This document shows, piece by piece, positions 21,222 to 30,418 of a stretch of 64,000 bases of DNA. Below the pieces are notes generated by a model. The model ran no database searches. It had not been told where the DNA came from and saw only the letters and a program-made list of their open reading frames with translations. Positions within the stretch are counted from its first letter, which is position 1. Each line of letters begins with the position of its first letter. Both the position numbers and the translations under genes were made by a program. The stretch covers positions 1-64,000 of IMG/VR virus record IMGVR_UViG_3300009502_000036, one strand, 5' to 3'. The DNA comes from a virus.

Positions 21222-21509
21222 ATGTTAAAGGTTTGTAAAGGAACTGAATGCGTTGTAATAAATAAATCTTTCTGTTCGGAAAAATATATTATTGATGGAA
21301 TAATAAATGAAAAATTATTTAAATTTATACGAACAACTAAAAATTTAGAATTTAGTGGAGAAGAAGAAAAGCTTTACGACGATTTTCCTATTCTTTTTGA
21401 CAGTTTTGATGAGTTGTTTTATGACTTTGGCACTCCGGATATATATAATTGTTTTGAAAGAGAAGGTTGGTTTGTATTTTTTGAGAATTTTCCTGTTACA
21501 TATTGTTAA
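21222..21509 (+). CDS. KGT-TTKDL-W paralogue family member 9
   Basis: VCKGTECVV...RTTKNLEF...FEREGWFVFF. Confidence 0.7.
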   Translation: MLKVCKGTECVVINKSFCSEKYIIDGIINEKLFKFIRTTKNLEFSGEEEKLYDDFPILFDSFDELFYDFGTPDIYNCFEREGWFVFFENFPVTYC

Positions 21510-21570
21510 ATTATTATTATATTATATCATAGGTCTATAAGTGAAAGTAGTTAAATCTAAATAAATTGAA

Positions 21571-23421
21571 ATGAACATCCCTTTCCACTCTGTCAAACAA
21601 TTAGAATCACAAATAGTAGTGGCTAGTACAGCATATTATGAAGGCATTGCTATTATGACAGATGAAGAGTTTGACTGCATGATAAAAGCTCTAAAAGATT
21701 GTAATCCTAATTCTTCAATTCTCAAGACCGGTTGGGGATATGTACCTAAAGATAGAATAGTTGAACATATTGGCAGTGAGGTTGGATCACTAGATAAAAT
21801 CCAGATAGCTAACTATATAGATAGAAAAACCGTTATAGCTACTCCTAAATACGATGGACTTACTGCAGTAGTATATTTTGAAGATGGTAAATATGCTAAA
21901 GGTGTAACTAGAGGTGATGGTAAATTAGGACAGGATATTTCCTCTAAATTGAAGTGGATAATTGAGAATACTACTGAGGCTAATCTTGATGATATAGTAT
22001 TTGATGGTACATCAATAAGAGGTGAGGTAGTTGTACCATTGGTATATGAGTCTGATGTATTATCCTTAGGATATTCAAATACAAGAAACTTTGCTGCAGG
22101 AGTTATGAATACTAAGGAGGATGACTATGAGTTACTTCGTTATCTTCACTTTGTTCCATATACTATCAGAGATAGTAAGTTATCCAAATGGCAATGTTAC
22201 GAATTTTTTTATGAAAAAAATCTTATAACTCCATGTCAAGTAGGATTAATTGAGAATATATTAGACTCGGAAAGCCTAAGGTTAGTATATAATAAATGGA
22301 GAGAGATATATCCAATAGATGGAATTGTATTAACAAAAGAATTTTCTGAGGATATTGACAACGACTCATATGCAGTAAAGTTTGAGACAGAAGAAAAGCC
22401 CGCCGTAGTTGATACTGTTGAGTGGAGTACGCGATCAACAGGAGCTGTGATACCTGTGGTTATATTAAAGGAGCCTATCAAGATTCATGGAGCTAATATC
22501 CAGAGGCTTAGTGGATATAATTGGAAATATATCACTGATAATAAAATTGGACATGATGCGGAGATCATTATTACCAGAGCAAATGAAGTAATACCTAAAA
22601 TACTTAACGTCACTAAACCATCCAGTACGGTAGTTTGGCCACATGAGTGTCCTGTATGTGGAAGTCCAACATCAGTACAGAGTGTTCATCTTATATGTGA
22701 AAATCCACTATGCCCATCTGTACAGATTAATCAAGTACATGCATTTTTAACTAGATGTGATATTGATAAGGGTATCGGTCAGACTACATGGGATAAATAC
22801 TTTGAACATTTTAGTGTAGGTAATTTCTTTGATTTTGTAAATAGTGTAAGAAACTATGATGGTAATATACAGCACTTGGAATTTCTTGGAGATAGTATGT
22901 CTAAGAAGGTTGCCCAGGCTATTACAGTTATTGGGAATAAAATCAAGAATATTACTTATGAGGATATACTAGTATCAATGAACATTCCAGGTCTTGGAAC
23001 TACACATGCTAAGACTCTTGGTCAATACACTTTCCAAGAATTAAAGGATAAGAGTATAAGTGAGAATAATAATCTTGGAACTAATGTAACAGTTGGAAGA
23101 GAGATATCGAACAAAATAGATGATCTAATAATGTTAGTAGATATTCTCTGGCCCACTAATCCCCCTACTATTACAGTGCCTATTAATATTACGGGAATAG
23201 AGGTATGTATTACTGGTAAGCTGGAGTATGGTACTAGAGATAAATTTGCAAAAGCAATAGAGTCATATGGATTTATATCTGTTGATGGAGTGAATAAGAA
23301 TACCAAATATCTAATCTGCAATTCCACTTCTTCATCCAGTAAATCTAAAACTGCTAGTAAATTAGGAGTACCAGTGATATCTGAACAAGCATTTTTAGAT
23401 CACTTTAATATTGTACTATGA
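21571..23421 (+). CDS. ligA: NAD-dependent DNA ligase
   Basis: Domain Ia AYYEG...MTDEEFD, KYDG, TRGDG..G.DI, RGEV, RNFAAG, DGIV, AVKF, CPVC zinc finger, C-terminal BRCT (CITGKL...KLGVPVISE). Confidence 0.92.
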   Translation: MNIPFHSVKQLESQIVVASTAYYEGIAIMTDEEFDCMIKALKDCNPNSSILKTGWGYVPKDRIVEHIGSEVGSLDKIQIANYIDRKTVIATPKYDGLTAVVYFEDGKYAKGVTRGDGKLGQDISSKLKWIIENTTEANLDDIVFDGTSIRGEVVVPLVYESDVLSLGYSNTRNFAAGVMNTKEDDYELLRYLHFVPYTIRDSKLSKWQCYEFFYEKNLITPCQVGLIENILDSESLRLVYNKWREIYPIDGIVLTKEFSEDIDNDSYAVKFETEEKPAVVDTVEWSTRSTGAVIPVVILKEPIKIHGANIQRLSGYNWKYITDNKIGHDAEIIITRANEVIPKILNVTKPSSTVVWPHECPVCGSPTSVQSVHLICENPLCPSVQINQVHAFLTRCDIDKGIGQTTWDKYFEHFSVGNFFDFVNSVRNYDGNIQHLEFLGDSMSKKVAQAITVIGNKIKNITYEDILVSMNIPGLGTTHAKTLGQYTFQELKDKSISENNNLGTNVTVGREISNKIDDLIMLVDILWPTNPPTITVPINITGIEVCITGKLEYGTRDKFAKAIESYGFISVDGVNKNTKYLICNSTSSSSKSKTASKLGVPVISEQAFLDHFNIVL

Positions 23422-23552
23422 GGAGCTTCTTTCTTGAAATAAGTATCAAAAAATATTTTGTGTTTAGTGGAAAATGATTATATTATAAAGTCGAGTAATT
23501 TAAAAGAAACTTCTTTTCTATTGCTTCATCTTAATAAATTTTAGTTTATAAT

Positions 23553-23891
23553 ATGCAACACATTAAAGAGGGAACATTTGGTATTGCTTATTGTTATATT
23601 GTAAATCATGTTCACTATGACAAATACGTAAAATTAAATACTTCTATGGATTTATATTTTAATAAAAATGTAACCAAAATAGGAAAGTCTATTTGGGCTC
23701 ACGTTTTTGGTTTATATAAGAGTGATTACATACTACAGAATGTTATAAAAGAAATGTTAGCAAAAATACATCCGCAACCTATAGAGGATTTTATTACTGT
23801 TATTGATAAAGATGGATGGTTATTTTTTTTCCAACAAAAGAAATTATATCAGAAAAAGATATTTTTGAGTTTTAAATTACCGTTTGATTAA
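23553..23891 (+). CDS. KGT-TTKDL-W paralogue family member 10
   Basis: IKEGTFGIAY...NTSMDLYF...IDKDGWLFFF. Confidence 0.7.
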   Translation: MQHIKEGTFGIAYCYIVNHVHYDKYVKLNTSMDLYFNKNVTKIGKSIWAHVFGLYKSDYILQNVIKEMLAKIHPQPIEDFITVIDKDGWLFFFQQKKLYQKKIFLSFKLPFD

Positions 23892-23895
23892 AGAA

Positions 23896-24263
23896 ATGTC
23901 ATATACTATTTTTAAAATACTATCGCGATTGTTTTAAGAATAAAACCCGAAGACTGTTATTTTTGTGTTGGTACTAAAAAATATACACGAAGATTTCACG
24001 ATACCAACACAAAAATAACATTTATACATACAACAAAGGAACTAATATTTGAGGAGATGATGAATGCAGATGAGCTTAAACATTTATATTATCGTATTAA
24101 ACACGCGGTTTTACCGAAATCTTCAGAATACGTAAACTCATTTCATGAAAAACAATGGAGTTTTTTTAACAAATTAGATGAAACTGGCAATTGGATGCTT
24201 ATAGTTCCTTCTAATAAAGTCTTTAAAGATTTTTTAAACAAACCATATGCCAGTAGTTTATAA
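23896..24263 (+). pseudogene. frameshifted paralogue family member 11
   Basis: MSYTIFK; adding one A at 23914-23917 gives NTIAIVL...IHTTKELIF, in frame with ORF 24057 (...GNWMLIVPS). Confidence 0.65.
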
Positions 24264-24570
24264 AAACACACCAGCAATTGTGGTTCACAAACCACACATA
24301 GATTCAAATTTGTCTATAGAAAGTATTGAATATTGGATAGATGCTAAAATAATAAGCATGTTCACAACAAGGGATATTCATTTTAAAGAACAGGTTTTTT
24401 ATTTACCATTTTATATACGCAATAAGATATGTTATAAAATAGACAGTTCCATCAATATTTCCTACGCATTTCGAAACAAGGGAAAGACTTTTTTTAAACG
24501 TGAAGATGAAAACGGAATTTGGTTTCTTGTTGTTCCTTCAGATTATCAGTTATTGATGAGAATTGAGTAA
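24247..24570 (+). CDS. KGT-TTKDL-W paralogue family member 12
   Basis: VYKNTPAIVV...FTTRDIHF...ENGIWFLVVPS. Confidence 0.65.
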   Translation: MPVVYKNTPAIVVHKPHIDSNLSIESIEYWIDAKIISMFTTRDIHFKEQVFYLPFYIRNKICYKIDSSINISYAFRNKGKTFFKREDENGIWFLVVPSDYQLLMRIE

Positions 24571-24607
24571 AAAGTTGTGAAAAATTTTTTATTTAAGTAA
24601 AAATGGT

Positions 24608-24628
24608 TATATTATACTAGTTGAACAA
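24608..24628 (+). promoter_or_regulatory. putative early promoter
   Basis: TATATTATACTAGTTGAACAA; followed by AGGAG before ATG 24651. Confidence 0.7.
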
Positions 24629-24650
24629 TTAAACAAAACTAGGAGATTAT

Positions 24651-25640
24651 ATGAGAGGACGTACTGCAAAAGCCGCAATTTTAGCAGCAGAAAAATACAC
24701 AGAAGTTGGTGCTGCTAAAAGGGAAGTGAAGGTGCAAGCTCCAATTGTTCCAAAGAAAAGAATTAAAGGTCAGAAAGTAGTGATGGATGCAGAATATTTT
24801 GCACGTCTTGATCTAGAAGTTGAAGCACAACAGGAAGCTAGGAGAACTCGTACTGTAGTTGTTCCTAAGGAAGAAGATCCTAAAATAAAATTATCAAAAC
24901 AAATTACAAGTCTTCTTGGAGAACTCGACGAATTTGTAGACGAGGCTTTCGAAAAGAAAAATACTCCCAAATTCAATATCATCGCGTGGTTAAAAGAAAA
25001 AAACTTTGTAGACGATGAACACATTGAAGCTATTAAAAAGACGTATAGCAAACACCGCGCTGAACTTCAGGAAGCATATGATAAAGTATGCCCTCAGATG
25101 GTGGAAGGTTATTCCTTCCTCAATCCTACTCAAAAGAAAAAGATTTTAGATTTCTTTGATACTATTCTTAACGGATGCGATGATTTTCTTAACTTGCGTA
25201 GAAGGAAGAAAAGTATTGATAGAAAACCTCATTTTGCAAAGCCGTTAAGTGTTCAGAAGCAGGTGAAAACTCTAAAATATATGAAGGAAGCACCAGAATT
25301 TGGTGTTATTTCTATATCTCCGCAAGATATTGTTGGAGCAAAAACACTTTGGCTATTTAACACTGCATACAAACAACTTAGTTATTACCAAGCAACTGAT
25401 TATACAGGATTTAAAGTGAAAGGTTGTTCTCTTCTTAATTGGGATACAAAATCATCGAAAAGAAAATCTCTTAGGAAACCATTAGAAACTCTTAAAGCTG
25501 TTATGGGTGCAAATGGTAAAGAAATTCAGGATATTATGGACAAACTGACTACTAAAAGTGCAAGTGTTAATGGACGAATTAATGATAAGGTAATTATCCT
25601 TAAGGTTGGAAAAGAACTTATAAAAGGTCAACAGGTTTAA
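24651..25640 (+). CDS. conserved T4-like hypothetical protein
   Basis: QMVEGYS, KQVKTLKY, IVGAKTLWLFNT, KSLRKP, NGRIN. Confidence 0.8.
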   Translation: MRGRTAKAAILAAEKYTEVGAAKREVKVQAPIVPKKRIKGQKVVMDAEYFARLDLEVEAQQEARRTRTVVVPKEEDPKIKLSKQITSLLGELDEFVDEAFEKKNTPKFNIIAWLKEKNFVDDEHIEAIKKTYSKHRAELQEAYDKVCPQMVEGYSFLNPTQKKKILDFFDTILNGCDDFLNLRRRKKSIDRKPHFAKPLSVQKQVKTLKYMKEAPEFGVISISPQDIVGAKTLWLFNTAYKQLSYYQATDYTGFKVKGCSLLNWDTKSSKRKSLRKPLETLKAVMGANGKEIQDIMDKLTTKSASVNGRINDKVIILKVGKELIKGQQV

Positions 25641-26079
25641 TGCAGAAAAGCTTCAGAGAGTGACCCAGATGAATTATTATCTGTTATTTGATATAACATA
25701 TAGCAATGATTTTTAACTCTCTCTTTGAACGTTTTATTTGCTGAATGTAACTATTAACATCACAAAAGAATGAAAGATATATTAGGAAAAGATTTAAATG
25801 TCGGTGATACCGTAATTATAATAGTACCAAATTATAGGGAATTAGCTAAAGGTATTATTATACGCTTCACAAAGCAGTATGTATTTGTACAATATGAGAC
25901 TCGACGGTATAAAGGTCAAATTTTAGAAATAAAACAAAGGCCTGATCAATTGGTAAAAATTATTGAATATGATGAAAACGTTGAATTGCTCTTAAAAAGA
26001 TATGGAACTCCTATGGTAATGCTTACATCGGGAGATAACAAATTGACTACAAAAAATTAATCTTTAAATTAGTTATATT

Positions 26080-26391
26080 ATGAATGAAGCAAAATTTACA
26101 CCTGGACCATGGAAATTTCGGCAGCATTCCGTCGATTCACAATATTTTGGCAATATAACAGGAACTTATGGAAAAACTCCCGAAGGATATACTTCTATAA
26201 GAACAGTTGCGTTGAATTTGAATCATGGAACAGAAGAAGAGAACATGGCAAATGCTAAATTAATAGAAGCAGCTCCTGTTATGTATAATGCTTTAAAGGA
26301 TATTAGAGATATTTTTGAATCGCATGGACAAGAAATGTTTAGTAATTCGGTTAGAGAAATAGATAAAGTTTTATTGCAAGCCCGAGGTTAA
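26080..26391 (+). CDS. hypothetical phage protein (TPGPW / ANAxLIxAAP type)
   Basis: KFTPGPW...ANAKLIEAAPVMY. Confidence 0.7.
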   Translation: MNEAKFTPGPWKFRQHSVDSQYFGNITGTYGKTPEGYTSIRTVALNLNHGTEEENMANAKLIEAAPVMYNALKDIRDIFESHGQEMFSNSVREIDKVLLQARG

Positions 26392-26695
26392 AAATGATAA
26401 TAACTACTAACGTCTTTGTTGCAGCGCATGGTCTAATGATCATTTGTTTTGTATTGTTTTTGTGTATTAGAAAATAAGTTTAAAACCAAATAAACAATGG
26501 AAACGAAATTTACCAAAGGTCCTTGGTCAATAAATCCTGAAATTAGATACTCTATTATATTTGCTATGGTTGCGGGCTCTACAGGATCTATAGGACTATT
26601 GCAATTTTTAATTTTATTATTTATTGTGAATGCGATTTCTATTATAAGTATTATAATAGGTATTAACACTGACAAAGAAATTTAATTTCTATATT

Positions 26696-27265
26696 ATGAG
26701 TTATATTAAAATATCGACCGATAAAGTTTTAAATGCTTGTGATAAATATATAGCAGCTTGTGAAGAATCTGTTAAAATGTCACGTGAAATTTTAATAAAA
26801 TGGCAAATGAAATGGAGCATTTTTAATTTATTTCCAGCAAATAACGAAACTATTGCGCAACAAAGAGCCGAGAAAAGAGAAAGTTGGTATTGGGTTCTAA
26901 ATCATCAAAGTAAATCTTTACACATTATAGATAATGTAAAAATTCTTTGCAAATTATCTGAAAACGGTACTATAATGTTATCAAATGATGCTGTGGACAT
27001 TTTAGAACATTTTCTAGATGGATCTGTGGATCTCTTTAAATGTTTTGATAAAGAATCGATAACAGTTGAAGAACTATATAATCGCGCGTACGATGAAAAG
27101 ATAGCAAAACAACGTGATAGAATTAATAAGCTTGAAGAAGCTTTGTTGTCTATAGCAGAAGGTATAGACAATTTTCCTAAAACAAATATACTCCCAAGAA
27201 CAACTCTTATTTATAAGCTTATTCAATGGGATTTTGAAAACGAAAAATGGAAAGATGACGAATGA
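26696..27265 (+). CDS. hypothetical protein
   Basis: 189-aa ORF. Confidence 0.6.
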   Translation: MSYIKISTDKVLNACDKYIAACEESVKMSREILIKWQMKWSIFNLFPANNETIAQQRAEKRESWYWVLNHQSKSLHIIDNVKILCKLSENGTIMLSNDAVDILEHFLDGSVDLFKCFDKESITVEELYNRAYDEKIAKQRDRINKLEEALLSIAEGIDNFPKTNILPRTTLIYKLIQWDFENEKWKDDE

Positions 27266-27670
27266 GAACCTCACTTGAATTTAAATTTGAAAAAGAATTA
27301 GCAAACAATCACTTTAATGTTGAAGTTGGTTCTTTATGGGATTACGATAGATCGTTATGTAATTCATCTTATACAAATAGATTAAAGGTGGAAAGATTAG
27401 AAAAAACAAAGAATACTACACTCGTCTATTTTAAACAAAAAATGCCTTATTTGGCATATGACATATCTTATTTTGATGGAAAAACATTTAAGCCTCATGT
27501 TAAATTAGGTAATGGTGGGTGGGAGTGTTTAGAATGCGGTGATGAAATACAAAGAGCTAGAGATTGGAGAGACGAGTATTGTAATAATTGTGGAGCAGAA
27601 ATAGATTGGGAAAAAGTAATTCGCGAGCAAAAAGAAGATTGAAAGCAAAAAATTTTAAAAATAAAAATAA

Positions 27671-28519
27671 GTGATTTTATTAGATAGTAGTCAGTTTTTC
27701 ATAGGGGCATTAATGTCTCAGTCTGTAAATGGTAAAGTAGAAGAGAATATTGTTAGACATATTCTACTAAATTCAATTCGTGAGAAAAGAGTTAAATTTC
27801 ATAAAGAATTTGGCGAGTTAGTTTTTTGTATAGACTCCAGACATTATTGGAGAAAAGACGTCTTTTCTCATTACAAATCACATAGAAAAGCTGGTAGAGA
27901 CAAGTCAACATTTGATTGGGAAGCAGGGTTTAAAGTTATAGAAATATTAAAAGCAGAACTAAGAGAAACATTTCCTTATAAAATAATAGAAGTTCATGGT
28001 GCAGAAAGTGATGATATTATAGCAACGTTAGTAAAAAACAATTTGCAAGAAAAAAATCTTATTCTTTCTTCAGATAAAGATTTTATACAGCTGCAAAAAT
28101 ATCCAAACGTTTTTCAATACGATTCTGTTAGAAAAAAATGGTTAAAAGATAAAAATCCTGAATTGTTTTTACGTGAGCATATAATTCGTGGAGATGCTAG
28201 CGATGGAGTTCCAAATATGTTATCTGCAGATGATGCTCTATCTAATCCAGAAAAAAAGCAAAAATCAATATTTAAAAAGAACTTAGATGTTTGGTTAAAA
28301 GATAGCGAAGAAGATTTTTACAATTCTTTATCAAATAAAGAACAATCAAATTATTCTAGAAATAAGATGATGATTGATTTGGATAAGATACCTTCAGAAA
28401 TTACAGAAAAGATACTTCAGGCGTACGCAGAGGAACCTTTGGGAAATAGGAATAAGATCCTTAATTACATGATAAAAAATAGACTGAGAGAATTAACAAA
28501 AATAATAACTGATTACTAA
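27671..28519 (+). CDS. rnh: T4-type RNase H (5'-3' exonuclease)
   Basis: MILLD, YWRKDVF..YK..RK, GAESDDIIA, ILSSDKDFIQL, IIRGDASDGVPN. Confidence 0.93.
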   Translation: MILLDSSQFFIGALMSQSVNGKVEENIVRHILLNSIREKRVKFHKEFGELVFCIDSRHYWRKDVFSHYKSHRKAGRDKSTFDWEAGFKVIEILKAELRETFPYKIIEVHGAESDDIIATLVKNNLQEKNLILSSDKDFIQLQKYPNVFQYDSVRKKWLKDKNPELFLREHIIRGDASDGVPNMLSADDALSNPEKKQKSIFKKNLDVWLKDSEEDFYNSLSNKEQSNYSRNKMMIDLDKIPSEITEKILQAYAEEPLGNRNKILNYMIKNRLRELTKIITDY

Positions 28520-28659
28520 AATGAAATGGATTAAATCTATATTAGTCGCGGCATCAATGCAATTTTTTTTACATTTTGTAGGAATTTACTTTTTTTCTAT
28601 AAACATTCCTCACGTGTTTATTGCTATAGTTATGGTATGTGGAATAATTTTTTCAAACA

Positions 28660-29136
28660 TTGATAGATACATTTTTAAAGATGAATAAAATGAAAAGTTT
28701 ATTGATATTTTTATCACTGTTTATTTTTAATATTGGAATTTGTTTTACTACAGATATTAAAAATAGCGCAGATGCAGGAGATTATGTATGCCAATTTATC
28801 GTTGGCAGAGCATATGAACAGGGTGATGGTGTAAGACAGAACTATGAGGAAGCTTTAAAGTGGTACGAGTTTTCTGCACATCAAGATTATGCTCCTGCTC
28901 AAAATAATCTTGGATCGCTATACGATAGAGGTTTGGGTACAGAAAAAAATTATCAGGAAGCTTTAAAATGGTATAGAAAAGCTGCTGATAATGATCAACC
29001 AAATGCGCAATATAATTTAGGAAGACTATATGAATATGGTCTTGGTGTAGATATAAATTGGAGAAAAGCTGCTTATTGGTATCAAAGGGCAAACGATCAG
29101 GGTATTCCACTTCTACCACATCAAATTAGAGATTAG
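28660..29136 (+). CDS. secreted Sel1-repeat protein
   Basis: Hydrophobic N-terminus; three Sel1 repeats (AQNNLG.LY..G.G...NY.EALKWY..AA); real start probably 28681 or 28690. Confidence 0.85.
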   Translation: MIDTFLKMNKMKSLLIFLSLFIFNIGICFTTDIKNSADAGDYVCQFIVGRAYEQGDGVRQNYEEALKWYEFSAHQDYAPAQNNLGSLYDRGLGTEKNYQEALKWYRKAADNDQPNAQYNLGRLYEYGLGVDINWRKAAYWYQRANDQGIPLLPHQIRD

Positions 29137-29263
29137 TAAAACCATTTATCTTTTAGAGTAATATTCTAATAATTTTATTAGTCTTGACCACCCTCTCCTC
29201 TCCCTAAAAACAAATCCATCCTCAAAAAAAATTTCCATTTCTAATAAAAGTTACTATATTTTA

Positions 29264-29271
29264 TATAAATA
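29264..29271 (+). promoter_or_regulatory. T4 late promoter
   Basis: Intergenic TATAAATA about 30 nt before ATG 29301. Confidence 0.75.
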
Positions 29272-29300
29272 GATTTAATTATATAAAGTAATAACTTACA

Positions 29301-29825
29301 ATGGCATTAGATAATATTCTAGATAGTTTTGATGCAGGGACTGATTTTGGTTGGTCATTCGCATCTGATGCAGAAGTTAATGCAAAAACTTCAGAGTTGC
29401 AAAATAAACTACAAGAAACGAAAGAATCTTCAGACGATATCAAGACTCTTCAATTAGAGATAAATAAGATAGTAGAGCATCAGCAATCTATCGATTCTAT
29501 TCTTGAATCTAATACTAAGAGAATAGAGAAAAAATTAGATCAAATCCTTACTTTTACCACTGAAAAACTTCATGCTATGATAACGGAGCAGGGATCTTCG
29601 ATGGCAGAGTTATCTAGTTTGATATGTTCTTCTGGAAATGATGCATTAGAAGAAAAGTATGATGCGGCGCTTAAAGAAAAAATGAGAAAAATAGAACAGT
29701 TAATACTTCCATTTTTAAAGGGTCTTACAAAGGATCCTGATAAAGAATATATCCGCTGGGCAAATAGACTACCTTTCCTAGAAGCAAAAGCAAAAGAATT
29801 AATAGCAATAACAAGAGATAAATAA
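29301..29825 (+). CDS. conserved T4-like late protein (coiled coil)
   Basis: DFGWSF N-terminus, LILPFL..L.KDPDKEYIRWANR C-terminus. Confidence 0.7.
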   Translation: MALDNILDSFDAGTDFGWSFASDAEVNAKTSELQNKLQETKESSDDIKTLQLEINKIVEHQQSIDSILESNTKRIEKKLDQILTFTTEKLHAMITEQGSSMAELSSLICSSGNDALEEKYDAALKEKMRKIEQLILPFLKGLTKDPDKEYIRWANRLPFLEAKAKELIAITRDK

Positions 29826-29917
29826 ATTGTAAACCGCTTTATCTAGATTCTCTATACTCATAGAGAAAAATCTACAGTGTCGTATAATTCATCAAAAAAT
29901 ATAATTTTAAATAAATC

Positions 29918-30097
29918 ATGCCATTATACTACTACAATTGTCAAGATTGTGATTATCACTTTGAAAAAATATTACCAATAATAGAAAGAGATGAACCGCT
30001 TCATGTTCCATGTCCTAACTGTGAATCAAATCGCATCGTACGTGAAATAGGGGCAACTCCTAATTTTTGGAAATGTGAACTTCCAACAAAATCTTAA
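29918..30097 (+). CDS. FmdB-type zinc-ribbon protein (59 aa, not in ORF track)
   Basis: MPLYYYNCQDCDYHFEKI...PCPNC. Confidence 0.8.
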   Translation: MPLYYYNCQDCDYHFEKILPIIERDEPLHVPCPNCESNRIVREIGATPNFWKCELPTKS

Positions 30098-30106
30098 TAA
30101 AATTCC

Positions 30107-30367
30107 ATGCCAACATATCAATACAAATGTACTAAATGTGATTATGATGAAGAGATAAATGTGTTAATTGATGACAGAGATAAAATTACGTTAGAACCTT
30201 GTCCTAATTGTGGAGAAATTTCTGTAGAAAGAATCTTCGGTTCACCTATTATCAATCTAGGTTTTCGTGGTTCTACTATTCAAAGCAAAACCTCTGATGC
30301 TTGGAAAGATAAACTTAGAGAAATTAAGAAAAAGGCGGGACCTAAAGCAACCGGAATAGAAGTATGA
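30107..30367 (+). CDS. FmdB-type zinc-ribbon protein
   Basis: MPTYQYKCTKC...PCPNCG...WKDKLREIKK. Confidence 0.85.
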   Translation: MPTYQYKCTKCDYDEEINVLIDDRDKITLEPCPNCGEISVERIFGSPIINLGFRGSTIQSKTSDAWKDKLREIKKKAGPKATGIEV

Positions 30368-30418
30368 AAAGAGAAATTCGTTTTATTTAGAGAATACAAA
30401 CATTATAAACCAAATTAC

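Noticed and set aside
29185-29225. C/T-rich intergenic stretch (GACCACCCTCTCCTCTCCC) as an ncRNA
   Set aside because: Compositionally odd, but I found no pairing, repeat or associated ORF to support a call.
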